Shown: positions 1 to 14,051, counted from the first letter of the whole stretch. The stretch: DNA of 63,412 nt, filler included, from Reticulomyxa filosa (GCA_000512085.1; 17 parts of 17 records of this genome joined end to end with filler, not necessarily neighbours in it), one strand, 5' to 3'. Translations and numbers: made by a program. The notes: a model not told the origin generated them from the sequence alone.

Positions 1-191
1 TGTGTGATTACTCTGATTTTCTATGAGCAAGCAAATACAATATTTTTTCTAAGATAGAAAAATGAGTTAATAAGTGTTGATTTTTTGAAAAAGGTAAACA
101 GAATGCAAAAGTAAGAAACTCCAAGCACAACATTTTCTGCTAATCATGAAAATTGGAAAGAAAGTTTTCGGATATAAACATAGCAATAAGA

Positions 192-1707
192 TTAATTTTT
201 GTGAAATGGATCAAGTGGGTCACGTTCAGTCTTTCCACTATTTCTGTCAGTGAGTTGAGTCCGTTTGCCCCAAACAATAATGGAAAAGCGTTGTTTAATC
301 GAAGACTGATTTGTTTTTGCTTTGGGTACTCCATGTTGAAATTTGTCATTGACAATGGTAGTAAAAGCAAAGACATCGTTATTGTATTGTGGAATGTTAA
401 ATATTTCTTGTGATTTGACATGTTTGAACTCCAGCTCTCTTTTCATTCCAAAAGATGCCCCTAAAAATCAAGTGACAACAAACACAACACATAACTGAGA
501 AAAGATAGTTTTTATATGATTGTAACAGAGAGCAAGTCAAACCGATAGTAAGATCTTCCTTATCGTTGTTATGAGGGCAATAGGCATGACTATCGTGATG
601 AAAAGGTTTCCAATCATTGCCATTTCGATAATAATTTAACCTCGATGCATAGATTTTGCAACTAAAGTAATCAGACAATTGTTGGATAACATCATTGAAT
701 GTTTTGCTAAATGTCGGATTTTCATGTTTCAAATGTTGACTCCAATCTACCATTCCGTATGATATGTCTTTACATTTTCGAGTGTTGTTCCGTTCGACTC
801 CATTGTTGCAAGACAAGGGATCACTTGTAACTTGGATACTCTTTGTTTTCAAACACAACATATTCGTTACAAGGTATTCACACGTTTTTTGATATTTCTC
901 TTTTCGGACTTAACAACATACAAAAAAATATTATTATTTTTTTGCTTACTTTTTGAGGGACTTCAGATTCCTTATTTTTTGGATATTGCATTGAATATTT
1001 AATTAAATCTTGTTTTAAACCATCAAATATGGTATACTCGTTTCTCGACGCAAAGAAAGATGGAATGTACATGCAATTGCCTTCAAACACATACTTCATG
1101 TCATTGATCAATGCCGAGTTGAGTTGATTTTCTTGCAATTTCAGCAATTGGTTTGCATAAAATGACGCTACGTTCATTGGCGGACGCAACAGTGCCGGTT
1201 TGGCTTGCGGGTTTTTTGGCGGCAATTTTGCTGTGCTCACATTTTTTTCCTTGTCGTTCTCGGTCTCTTCGTTCTCAGAAAAAGGGTGCAAATTGCAAGG
1301 TTTAATCGATGCGTATTCTTTTGGATTGTTTACCAATTGCACTGGGTAACGTTCTGTGGTCTTGTTGAACTCTCCGCAGATACGCACCATTTGGCCGTTT
1401 TTGCTTTTTTGAGATCCGAGTCCGTGCAGAACAAGGATTTGTCCTTTTTTTTATTTCCCCGAAATGGTTTTAATTTTCAATTTTAAGTATTGCGTGGATG
1501 TTTATTTTTTCTGCTGAGAACAGAGAAGGTCCTCAAAGCATCAGAATATCTGCACCACCGCAAAAAAGGGAATAAAGAAAGAGATTAAAAAGTTGTTCAC
1601 TTGCTATATCACATAGAAGAATCATCTCAACCGGTATGATAGTCAGGAACAGTGCATTCAGTTTGTTGTTCCACTTCTTCTGATTTACTTTCTGTAGTCT
1701 TTTTCAT
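192..1707 (-). CDS. AlkB-like 2OG-Fe(II) oxygenase domain protein (multi-exon)
   Basis: Spliced ORFs give RLNYYRNGNDWKPFHHDSHAY (HxD), IGASFGMKRELEF, FQHGVPK (distal His) and QRFSIIVWG (2OG-binding Arg). Putative ATG at 1707, stop at 192. Confidence 0.8.
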
Positions 1708-2119
1708 ATTGCCTCCCCAAACATTTCGTGTTAAGTGGGATTTAGATTGGCTGTCTAGGGGTACAAATTGGGTCATTCTAGTGCTGTGCATGAAATATTT
1801 TCTTAAAACAAAAAAACTCTGAAAACAACTTAAAATCCAAATAAATTAATTAAGATCGGTAATATGTAGCTACTCTTTATTGACTGATTCCAATTGTTAA
1901 TTGCTGAGTTTTCTTCTTTCTCGAGGATAAACATTTTTAAATGTTTTTAAAATTGCACCGCTCAAAAGAAATATATATCAATAAGTTGGGAATAATGGCT
2001 CTAAAATATGATTCACTGCTCGTGTAATGTTATTTAGGCCGAAAGGTATACCTGGCCACGGCTATAAAAAAAAAATTTAATATGAAGACTCATTTCGAGC
2101 GTCAAAAAGGGGCGCAATC

Positions 2120-5100
2120 ATGTCCCTGCAACAGTGGAGCAAGAAGCCAACCGAAAAAGATAAAGATGCCAAGCCCAATGGAGAAGACAACGAGGATGAC
2201 GAGCACTTAGTTTCGAAGAAAAAACAGAACAGCCTCAAGCCAATAAAAAAAAACAACAAAAAATTGCGGATAGGCAACAGTAACGCGTTTAAAAGCGGAA
2301 AAACAGCAAGCTCAAATAAAAGAGATAAAAGATTTGAAAAAGCAACTAAAAAATTCAGTTCCAAAAGAGGAATATGACAAAGTAAAGAATGAAACAGATC
2401 AATTAAAACTCGATTTGTTGGATGCATCTTCTCAGATACAAGCGTTGACACACGACCTAAGTTTCACTTTTAAAAAAAAAATATATACCATATAAATTCA
2501 CTCCCCTTTATACGTATACAATGATTTGTTATCGTGATGTGACAGCAAAAGCGAGAAAAGAATGCAAAGAAAAAGAAGAGAAGATAGCAAAAATGGAAGA
2601 GCAAATGTCGACGTTGAAGGGATCGAATAACAGTGAGATGTTAAAATTGCAAAAGGATTTGGTAAGCGCTCAAACGAAATTGGCGACGCAGCAATTGGAA
2701 ATGGAGGAAATGACGAAGGAAAAAACGAAAAACGCAAGTAAAATTGAAGAATACGCCAATGAGATAAAGGAATTGCAAAAAAGGTTAAATGAAAGTATGC
2801 AAATCTTTCAAAAAGCGCAATTATCGTCAACCAATGCCTTGACTAATTCAAACCAAAATGAAGCCTCGATTCATCCGCGTGACGCCAATAGCAGTGATTC
2901 CGAATGGAAAAAGCGAGTTTTGTTTGTTGTCTTTGCATTGTTCCCTTCTCTTTTCCCTCTGTTCTCTCGTAATTCTCTGTTTGACGTGGACAGTTGGAGG
3001 AAGTCCAATTGCGACATCACTTGGAATTGCAACGTCTGCAAAAGGGGTACGAATTGGAAATAACAGCATTGAGTGTGGAGATTAGACGATTGAAGGGCAA
3101 CAAAGCAGACACGTATAAGTTGGGCACTCCATTGCAAGGCCAGTCGCATCAATCGATGACGGATAAAACAGATGGCTTGCGTGAGTTGGCCCAAGAGACA
3201 AACGAACAATGGATAAGTTACAAGGCCATTGTGGAAAACGAAATTGCCGTTCTCAAGCAGTTGCGTTTTGTGATGTTTCACACATATTTGTATTCTGATC
3301 AATTTGATTCGATCATTTTTTTTATTTTTTGATGTATATTACATCCCAATAGGTACATATAACATATAACATATAACATATAAAATAAGACGTTTGATGG
3401 CATTTGAAGAAGGAAATGTCGAAGTGATATTGCGCATCGACTTGGAAGAGGCTGTGAAAAATCGCATCGGCGCACCCAGGAGACCCGCTCCTCTTCGTCC
3501 GGACGATGCATCTCCGCCCCATAGCAGAGCCAGCAGTCACGAGTCCCTGGGCATATCGCCAGAGAACAACGTGTCGCAACATTTGACGTCCGAGGCATTG
3601 GCACGACACGCCCAAATGAATAATGACAATGACGAATTAGACGAAGACAAAGCCGCTCATTCTTATGCTCGAATCAACGGTATTTTGTCTGGACAGTCAG
3701 TTGTCAAAGAAAATAGTCCCACTCCTGTTTTTGAACAAATGTCAGATGCAGCGAAAGAGGCATTGTCTCGCAAACTTCAAATGCGAAACCAAACCAGTAT
3801 GTAACGACCATGTATTCAATGGAATACAAGTGGAGATTGAGGACATATATGTGCATACGCATATCATATGCTATACGTCAATATCTATATACATATACAT
3901 ATATATATTTTATGTGTGTTAAATAAATAAAACAAAAAAAAGGTAAAACAAAACAAAAATACCATTGTCCCAAGGTAAAACTCGTTCGGCAGCTGGTCCA
4001 AATGGAACACATAGCAATATGATGGAGCACAATGGCAATGAGTTGCAAAAGTCCAACTCCAATCAGCCCCCTCGACCTGTGCATAAACCGACCTCCAGTG
4101 CCTCGAATATTCTCGATCCATACAAACGCAGATCACACACTAATGCCAATCGAGCTTCTCAAACTCCCACTCAATTCAGACCGAGTGTCGCTGGTGGAGG
4201 AATCGCAGCCCAAGAGTGGGTCAGTTTGTTGCGACGCAAAGTCATTGAAAACTTTGGCTCCAATCCAAGTGTACCCAGAAGTCCGAATGAGCATGCGTTA
4301 CCACAATATGTTGGTGACACAAATCCTCAAGCCTTTTCGGTATATACATTCATTTACATATTCTTGTGTTCGTGTACCACGACATAACACCTCTTTGTTG
4401 AATATTCAGCCCCATGGTCACGTTTCCCAATTGTCCTCCTCGTCTTTCAAAAGTCTATCTCATGCATCATCACATGAGGGATCAATAATATCCATCTCTG
4501 AAATTGACAAGTATCTAGACGTTGATGAAAATGGAAATTCTAAAATTCCAGAGGAATTAAAATCGTCACAAGAACAACTTAAAAATCTGCAACGTACATT
4601 GCTTTTTTTGTCTTTTTTATTCATTTCAAAACATAATTTGTGTGTACTTCTAAAAAAAATATCATAATACCAATCAAGAAAACGAAGTTCACAAACACAA
4701 GCAATTGCACATAAGATATGCTACTGAAAAAAAGCAATGGCAGGAAAAAATTAAAGAGCTACAAGACCAGGTCGCGCAAATGGAACAAACACTCAAAAAT
4801 ACACAACGCAAACTTCGCGAAAAAGTAGAACAAAATACATTGCTTCGGGATCAATTCCAAATGCTACAACAGCAATTCAGTGAATTGCCTGCTCAAACAC
4901 AAGCGGAGGCACAAGAACGTGTCAAATTTCGACAGCAAGAACAAATGAAACTTCAGCAATCTCAACAAGCATTGTACAATCAGATTGACGTTCAACGACA
5001 ACAAATGGTACAATTGCAAGGCGCTCTTGAACAGCAAAGGTTTACAATTGAAGCGTTGCAAAAAGAATTAGACCAAAGCAAAGAAAAAATCAAAAACTTA

Positions 5101-5447
5101 GAAAAAAAGTTGGAAGAAGCCCAATCCAATCTTGCAAAACAAGGCAAGTCAAGATTTTCTTTGTGTTTGAAATAAACGCGCAATTGTAATAATTTTTGTT
5201 TTATGTTGTACAGTACCATCCACAAGTAAAGAGCTCCTGCAACAGCAAGTCAAAGTATTGAAAACTCAGCGTAAAGTGTTGGTGAAAGAGGTATTATTTT
5301 ACTTTTGTTTTCACTGTCTACTTTTTGTCTGTTTGATTTAGAGAACAATAGTAGATTTGTTTCTGTTTGTAATAGATCAAAGATCTTCGTTCACAAAATG
5401 AGATGTTAAAAAATATGGTAGTTTCAAGTGGCAAAACTCCAGAGTAG
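2120..5447 (+). CDS. Large multi-exon coiled-coil/low-complexity hypothetical protein (possibly two genes)
   Basis: Consecutive Q/E/K-rich heptad ORFs (2521-3063, 2994-3332, 3394-3804, 3965-4387, 4705-5175) separated by AT-rich introns; last exon ends ...SGKTPE* at TAG 5445-5447. Confidence 0.6.
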
Positions 5448-5665
5448 AAATTGATTTTGTTGCATTTATTGCATTTTTGTTTTTTTTCCCACAATGTAAA
5501 TTTTTTAATTCTTAATTCTTTGATCCAAAGCAATATTTTTTCTATGAAGAGTGAACACATTTTCGCTTCTGAACAAAATTCTGCAATAAATGTCATACGA
5601 ACACTTTTACGTTTCTTTTCATCCAGTGTTTTACTCTATGTTTCCCAGTTTTGCATTTGCTATAT

Positions 5666-7058
5666 TCAATTGTAACTCTCATCGTCGGATGTAGTCTTTC
5701 TTGGGAGTTCCTTTTCAAAACTTGTATATCCTTGTGTTTCATCCCCGTCAAGCATTTCCCTTTTTTCATCTTCTGAATCTACGGCCTCACTCTGATAAAC
5801 ATCTTTTTCTTGTTGTGGAGATCTTTCAGCATGATTCTGATTCGAATTTGCATGAGGTATTCTTTTTCTAAATCATTATCTTCTGTTGCGTCTGCTGTTT
5901 GCAAGCATTCGGGACCATGAGACTTTTTCTGTTTTTGCGAGTTTCTTGAGTTGTGATTGGCAGGAACATTTGCCGAATTAACATTTTCAAAATAATGAGC
6001 TGACGCTGCAACAAACCTGACATGTTATGGTCAGACAAAATAAAGAGAGGGATTGTTCCATGTCAATGTAACACAAACAAAACTCTGAGAAAGGTTTCCA
6101 TCCCTCTTGGTAGCTTGAACCAACAATATCAATATACAAGCGGACAGCAAAAAGTTTATTGAGATCGGAGGAAAAATCTGTTTGCTGAAAAATGTCACAC
6201 CATTTTTGTACAAAATTTGAAACATCACCAAGCGTTTTGTAAAATTTCACAGGTTCAATTGCAGATCTGTTATTCAATACAATTAGTCTACTTTGTTTCG
6301 CTCTATGATATCTTTCGAACATAATTGCTAATTTATTGTCTCTCATAATAGACTTGTATTCATTCGTCATTGTGCGCAATAGGTCAATGAGTCCAAGGTT
6401 TTGAGTTTTTTTTTTTTCTTGTTTCCTTTACGCGTGTCAACATTGGTGTAAAACATAGGTGTTGCAGTAGCCTGAACTATCGTTTCACTCAAAAAACTCT
6501 GTAATTCATTGTAATTGGATTCTGTCTTTTTTTCATGTAAAGAAACAAGTTCAGTGTGTATGTTTGAGTAAATATAATTTCTTTTTTTTTGGAGTTAGTT
6601 TTTTTGGACGTGGTACATGCCATTTTTAACATGGGTTGGGCTTGTTCGACCTCAAAAAATATTTCCAATAATTTGTCCCCACAGTGCATTTTTACACTCC
6701 AAACATTTGATTTATCTTCAAACACCAACCAACAACCGATAATAATAAGTTGCTTGTAACGTTGATTTAAGATGGAACACACTTTCGGCATAAAGTATGC
6801 AATACCAGACTCCAATGTTAGACTTTTTCTATCATCCTCAATCTCAATAATTTGTTGCTTTTGATTTTGTATTTGTGCCGGCTTATTTTGTCCATATGCG
6901 TCTTTATCACTTTGTTGGAAAGGTGGATTGGTTTTCTTGCTCGTCTTTTTATGATTATCTTTGTTGTTTTGAGGGTGGTCAACAGATGTATTGTGCTCGT
7001 CGGCGTTGTTGCTTCTCTTTTGTATGATACTGGACGGCGTACTATTTGAGATACCCAT
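5666..7058 (-). CDS. Hypothetical protein with possible N-myristoylation start (MGISNS)
   Basis: ORFs 6489-7058 and 5987-6379 plus an acidic terminal exon ending at TGA 5666; no family recognised. Confidence 0.5.
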
Positions 7059-7898
7059 CAGATTGCAACTGATTTTGTTTTAATTTGTAACTATTAAAAG
7101 TTAAACTTATTTTGAAATTTGAAATAATTTCTACCTTTCTCGTACAAAAACAACACCTGCACACTGAACACGTACCTAACGATAAATATTTCTATATGCA
7201 ATAGATTATAGGTAAACACAAACTATTACGTGCTTTTTACTTTCATCACTATACTGTTATGAAATTTGTTTTATTTTTTTTGATGACGAAATGGAATATT
7301 AGATCTATCAAAAAGATAGAAATTTAGATAAGTTTTTGAAATTTGGTTTTTATGCTCGTTGAAAAATTTTTTGATATAACTTATTTCAAAAACAAAGGTA
7401 TGTCAATGAGGGATGCAGTTTTTGGCCAAATAGTCGTTTGAACTTCTTATCTTTTTATCTTCTTCTATAAGTCATGGATATCATGGCCATTCTTAAAGAG
7501 ACTTTATTAAAATGAAAATCACTTACTTGTATCAATCTAGCATTTTACACTTTCTGATCCAAACATTTCTTTTTGATAATATTCTTGGGCTAGTCTAGTG
7601 GTAGCTTAACTGCCCAAATTAATTTTGTGGAATGGTATTTACTGACTAATAAATGTCAAAAACATTTATGCTTACTGAAGAATCGTTTAACACATTAAAA
7701 ATTTAAACAATAACAGTTTTTGGATCAACTGTGATCTGTTAATTTTAAACTTTCTATATTTTTTCATTTGAATTTTTTTCTAAACGCTATTTTACAATTT
7801 ATATTATTTTTATCAAGCGCCACAATTTTATATTTTTTGCCGCAAGTCGTGTTTTAAATTTAGAAATGGCCATACAATTGTGGGATGTCCACTGTAAA

Positions 7899-7998
7899 NN
7901 NNNNNNNNNNNNNNNNNNNNNNNNNNNNNNNNNNNNNNNNNNTTAATTAATTAANNNNNNNNNNNNNNNNNNNNNNNNNNNNNNNNNNNNNNNNNNNN
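7899..7998. other. Artificial contig linker (N44-TTAATTAATTAA-N44). Identical linkers start at 17186, 23215, 25128, 26541, 29487, 30705, 40035, 45653, 47825, 49118, 54806, 55999, 58629, 59825 and 61754
   Basis: Same 100-bp structure each time, with a 12-mer carrying stops in all six frames. Confidence 0.98.
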
Positions 7999-10900
7999 GG
8001 CGAAGAAAATGATGACAATGATAACGATGATGATAATAATAAAGAACAACGACAACAACAACAACAACAACAACAACAATATTATGCTCATTTTGACAGA
8101 CAATCGTTAATGCAAGATATCGATGGTGACATGTGCATGCAGGACACAATCAATGCTGACACAATTGCAACTGCAAATGCGACAACGACAACAGCAGTTG
8201 CAATGGCGGGCAATGAAACAGCGTTGGCGAAACAGTCAAAGGGACAGCGCGAGTGCAAGGAGGAACTGCAGATGTTGCTAGAGAAAGAACGACAAGAACA
8301 CAGTGACGAGAAAGTGATGTTTGAACAGACGGTCGAACAGCTGCGCGGACAAATGGACGTGTTGCATCAGGAAAAAGAAGCGTGGAATAATCGATATCAC
8401 GAACTCGAAAGCGCCAAGGCGGAATTGCAAAGCAGACTTCAGCTGGAAATGATCAAGTTTGAAAAAGAAAAAGAAAACCTATCCAAAGGCTTTGAGCAGC
8501 AATTGCTACAGGTTCAAAATGGCGCCGTTCAGGCCATTGACTCGACGACAGAGGAAAATATGAAACTGAAGTTACACATTGCGCAGCTGAAGGGACACAA
8601 CGAGGCCTTGGAATTGGAATTGCAAAAGGCCTTTGAACTCATCAAATCCAAAGACAATCAATTGACCGACTTGCAAGGTCAGCTGACTCTGTTCCAACAA
8701 CGTGTTGGCGATACCAATGCACATCTGCGCACCGCCCAAGACGCGCTGCAACTGGCACATGCCGACAATGCCAAACTCGCTCAGCAGCTCATCGAATACA
8801 AAGACCATCGCACACAGGCGACGCGAGACTTGGACGCTGCCAGGCTTGAAGCCACCGATCTGCAAACTCAAATGGCCAAACTAAAGGAAACACTCACACA
8901 TAAAAATACCAAATTGGAGCGCTTGGAAAATCAAGTCGACCAGTTGGATAATGACTTTAACAAATTAAAATTAAATTTTGATTCTTTGACTGATGATCAC
9001 CAGATTCTTACCGATGCATACGAGTTATATATACATATATGTATATATGTATATATGTATATGTGTATATACGTGTGTGCTTATTTGTAACTTATGTACG
9101 TATATAATGTGTACTACGTACTTTATCACAACAAAAGGACATTAAAAGATGAAAATAGTCAAACAACCAAGGCTTTAGAAGAGTCTAAAAATGAAGTACA
9201 ATTGCTGCGCGTATGCTTTTTTTTTTTTTGTCATTTGTTGTAAACTTGGATTTATTTGTGTGCACTGCCTTTTGTTCGGATAAATACAAATTAGATTCAA
9301 ATAAAAGAAAAAGAAGAAAGCATCGAAGAAAACAAAGACTCGATAAAGGAACTCACCTCACAACTTTCCGACACTGTCTCGAACAGTGACGAAGCAATGA
9401 ACAAATTGTTACACAAAAATGAAGAAGTAATAAATAAACATGTTTTTTTTTTTAAAAAAAAAATAAGTATACGTCAATAAATAAAAAAAAACGTATATTG
9501 ATTATACAAACATAAAGTTGCAGCACTCGTTAAACGAATTAAAGATAAACTTGGAAAGCACAAAGTCGGAATGGACGAAAATGGGCGAAGAGTGCAAAAG
9601 CAATGAACATAAGCTGAGCGCATTGGAAAGTGCGAAAAAAGCGACAGAACAAAGTTTGCGTGATTTCCAAAGCGTGTATGAAACATTGGAAAGCAAACAT
9701 CAAGAGCAATGTCGTATTTATGAACAATGCTTGCAAGAATTGGAAGATTACAAAAGTCGTTGTGACGAGTACAATCACGAGATTGTCTCGTACAACGTCA
9801 AAGTGTCGCAATTGACTCACGAAAATCAAAGCTTGCATGAAAGGGCCAAAGAGTTTGAAAAAGAGGCCAAACACCAAATTCAAAACTTGGGCAAGAATTT
9901 AGTGCAATTGGAGCAAGAGTCAGCCACTCTTAAGCATGAGTCCCAGAAAATGCAAGCAGCCCATGAACAGGCAATGCTACACAATCAAACGCTGCTGCAA
10001 GCCAAAGAAGTTGAAATTACTGAATTAAAACAATCTTCCGAAAAAGCGCTTCAAGACATTACCAATCAAAAACGTGACCAACAATCGCTCTTCAAACAGC
10101 AAATTGATACCATTCAACAAGCGCACGCCCAAAAAATTGAACAGCTGAATGCCACATTAGCCCAACAATCCAATCAATTTACCCAAGAGCAAACCAAGGT
10201 TTGAACTCACACAACGCTGAACAATATACGTATCACTGACATGTATATACATATGTATATACATTTTGTGTGTGTATGTGTAGTGGACGAGCGAAAAAGA
10301 AGAACTAGCGCAAAGATGTGTGACATTAGAAAAGGAATTGGAAGACAGCAAAGGACAAACAAGTGAAAAGAGTAAGTTGTTGGAACTCTATCATAAAAAC
10401 TTGTCCGAATTCCAAAAAGCAGTGCTTAATGTACCAATGTCACCAAACAAGATGATGGAGGGACAACGAGAGGCCTTTGAAAACGAGCAAAAGGTAGGTA
10501 ACTCGTTGAGAAAGTAAATTATAACCAAAAAATTCATATACGACATATATATATATACGTAATTTGTATACGTATATGTATATGTGTATATAGAATCAAC
10601 TGGAAAGACAAATAATATCCGTGTTCAAAAACGCAGAATCACAATTTGAGACAAACGAGCGCCTACATCGCGAAGCGTTGCAAATGATGCAAAAGCAAAC
10701 GGGGAAACTGGAAGCCGAGTTGAGCGCGCAAAAGGAGTTATATGCGACGTGTTCGACACAACTGCAAGACATGACCGTACGGTATGGAGAACTGACGGAA
10801 GAGTTTGAAAAAAAGAAACAACAATTTAATCGAAAGATGGACGAAGCACATGAACAAGTAAAGGCAAGCAAAGATCGTCGAGATCGATTAATCGAAGCAT

Positions 10901-12464
10901 ATGAAGAACGATTACGTATACTGAAAGAAGAACTGGAAGAACACAAGAAAAAAAAAGACATGTTAACACAAGAGCTAGTGAGCCAGAAAGAAATATTCAA
11001 AACCAACACAAACGAATTGGCGGAACATAAAAACGAACTCAAAAATAATAAAGAAACGATTGGCAATTTGCAGAAGCTAGTGAAATCATTGAAAACGGAA
11101 AAAGAAAGTGTTGAAAAAAAATTGGACCAAAGTCAAACACAATGGCTTGGAGTTCAACAGATTCAATCCAAAATGGAAAGCGATTTGACCAAATCCATTC
11201 AAGAGCGTATGGATGCTATCAAAACGAGCAAACAAATGCGGATTTCAGAAGAAAAAGTGTACAAAGAAATGATGGAGTGGAAATGTAAATACAATGAGTT
11301 GAAAGAAATCACGTTTCGAAATGATTCGAATGTGAATGAATTAAAAGCAAAGATTTCGGAATTAGAAGCTGAAAATGTCCGATTGGCTGGACATCATAAT
11401 GCCCAACAACGTATAAATCATTTGTTGGATTTGAAGAAGGAAATTAATCAATTAAAACAAACGAATAGGCTGTTGATCAACAAACTCAATAAATATGAAA
11501 GGTAACTCAATACGCATACGTACTTATATATCGTATATACCGTATGCATATAATACTTATTTTTTTAATGGGATAACGTTGGCAACAGAAATTCGCTATC
11601 CTCGTCCGTTGCTTCTTTCGACCATGCGTCTACGCTAATGACTGATCCTGTTGAAGATGACGCGCTCAAAAAAAAGTTGGAAGAGATGCAATTTGAAAAA
11701 ATTAAATATGATAAACTAATGGAACAACTTGGCCGTGCCATTTGCAAAGCAGCACAGAAGAGGTTACATGTATAAAATATACACATATACATATAAATTA
11801 CATTTTTGTCCGTTCTCTTCGTTATTTTGGTTCTTGTTTTTGTTTTAACTTTTCAATACAAAACATGTGCATACATATCTATAGTGTCGGAACCATTGCC
11901 ATCGACGAGAACAATCGTAAAGATATTGAAGATCAAATAATGCTAGTGAACACCATGGAAACGGCAATTGTTAACAGAGATGACGAGATTGTGCGATTAA
12001 AACGTGAAAATGACAAATTGGCGCATGATATCAAAATTCGTGACGAACATGTAAAATTGCTGCAAGATCAAATTGGCTTGTCGAATATGTGGAAAGTTGA
12101 TTCCAATGAAAAGAAGCTACAAGACGATGGGATAGGGTCACTCAATATGCCACAGTCCTATCGGATTCCTCGACAAAAGTCAAGACTAAGCAAAAATTCT
12201 CCAGTTGAACCTCAATCTCTTGGCACTCCCAATACTCCACTTTCCAAAACAAGTGATCCCGGCGATAACAAGCCTCTCCAACCACACACTGCGCATCCAA
12301 ATTCTCGACATCACACAAAATTGAAACCTAGACAATCAAATAGTGGCAAGCTCTTGGAAATTGAAATGGAACGCAAAAAACAATTATCTTTCAATAATGA
12401 AAATTTTGAGGATGATATCAGTCAAAGTGGTGATGTTGATGCTGAAATGACTGACATGGCATAA
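7999..12464 (+). CDS. Very long coiled-coil protein with HMMR/RHAMM or kinesin-12 (KIF15)-type C-terminal motif, 5' truncated
   Basis: Exons in ORFs 8110-9090, 9518-10204, 10320-10517, 10621-11505 and 11742-12464 are heptad-rich. LEAENVRLAGHHNAQQRINHLLDLKKEINQLK resembles the LxGHQNxxQKIxxxxxLKxEN motif of HMMR/KIF15. Confidence 0.7.
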
Positions 12465-13095
12465 CCTTTATCAAGCGTTGTCGTTTGTTACATACTTGAT
12501 CCATAGGTTCATATTAAATTTCTTTTATTCTTGTTTGTTTGTGTTTCTTGGTCTAATCACATTTAATTTTGTTTTTTTTAACTTTTATTTAACAACATTA
12601 TTTAAATCTCTAAACTAAATTTTGTAGCAACTCTCATTAGTTTTATCGAAAACAGGAGCATTTTACAACAAATACGTATGCCATCGTACATTTTATACGA
12701 TATTTCTGAACAGTTCATTCTGTGCTTGTTTGTGAGTCCTGGCATTATTTTAATTTAAAACAAGCAATTCTGTATTTTGTCAATATTTCTAATTTGTGGA
12801 GTGAGGAACGTTAGATTAATCGTGATAAACAGTATATTAATTTATAATCAGTTTTGACAAATGAAATATTAAATACTTTCTACTTAGGCAGATTTAGTTA
12901 GTTAGAATAAAGTTGTGGTAAAACAGTGATGAAAAAAAGTTTTGAGTGATTCCAAGAAATAACTCGAAATGACATAATTAGGATTATTAATGAAAAGTTG
13001 ATTAAAGACACACTCCGAATGTAACACTGTCAAAAGAGGAGGAAACAGAGGAAAAAGGGGTCTTACATAAAAGGAAAAAAAAAAGTGTGTATATG

Positions 13096-13815
13096 TCACC
13101 AGAAAATTAAGACAATGATGGCAATGAACAGAACCAACATTAGGCAACAGCAGCTTATGTCCTTTGATTTGCGGAGCAAAAATTCAACTCTTTTGTTGTT
13201 ATTTTCTATTTTTGAGCTTGCCTTACCCATTTCATTGTCAATGTCATCTAAAACAACATTTTGTCTTTCTAATTCTGAATTGATGTCATGTCCAATTTCT
13301 CGAACTTTTTTTGTTCCCTGGAGAATCTCATCCAAATGTTCATCTTGTTGACGAATTTTATCTTCGTGCAGTTGCTTTATTTCCTGATTGCTTAGGCTTT
13401 GGGTCGTATCTGTTTCACTTGGATTCAGTCCATCTCTTCCACCAAATTTTTTAACTTTGCTTTCAAGTTGATCGCGGTATGCGTTGTAATCTTGGCCTAT
13501 TTGCCCACATACCATCAAGTAAAAAAAATGGATTTTTGTTTTCTGTCGGTAACACATACTAAGATTTTTTAGTTTTTGGGATCTTCGTTTACGTTCCTCG
13601 GGGCTCAGCTGAGGATCATCAGCCAGGTCCGCTTTCAACTGTGGCAATCTTTCCGCAACTTGTTTTAGCTGTGTCTTGGCGTTGCGCTTGAACTGGAGCA
13701 TAGCTTCTCTTTGATTTTTGCGTTCAGCCAGTTGCATGCTGATAATATCATTTTTTGCAGCCTCAGTTAAACGATTCAGCTCTTCATATTCTCGCATCCA
13801 ATCTTGGGCAGACAT
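13096..13815 (-). CDS. Qc-SNARE, syntaxin-6/8 (SYP5/6)-like
   Basis: N-terminal helical bundle, SNARE motif QDEHLDEILQGTKKVREIGHDINSELERQNVVLDDI, and Cys-rich C-terminal TM anchor; one 63-nt intron at 13497-13559. Confidence 0.88.
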   Translation of the reverse strand: MSAQDWMREYEELNRLTEAAKNDIISMQLAERKNQREAMLQFKRNAKTQLKQVAERLPQLKADLADDPQLSPEERKRRSQKLKNLSMCYRQKTKIHFFYLMVCGQIGQDYNAYRDQLESKVKKFGGRDGLNPSETDTTQSLSNQEIKQLHEDKIRQQDEHLDEILQGTKKVREIGHDINSELERQNVVLDDIDNEMGKASSKIENNNKRVEFLLRKSKDISCCCLMLVLFIAIIVLIFW

Positions 13816-14051
13816 TGTTTTTGTATAAGACAATATAAATTTGAATAGTGCTGCAAAGTTTTTAATATAAAGATTCACTTAACAAGACCCGGTCTCGCAC
13901 ACATTAATGTTATTCACAAAAATAATGCAAAAGCACATCGTCGGAAAGATCAAGTCGTTTTTGTTGTCATTGCACAGTTTTAGCAACTCTTAAAAGATAT
14001 TTTATTTTTTTCTTTTTAAGAAAACTTTGGAATTTTGACCGTAAAATCAAA

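Noticed and set aside
7943-7954. Recurrent TTAATTAATTAA palindrome within N runs
   Set aside because: Artificial concatenation linker. Adjacency across linkers has no biological meaning, and ORFs ending ..XXLIN are artefacts.
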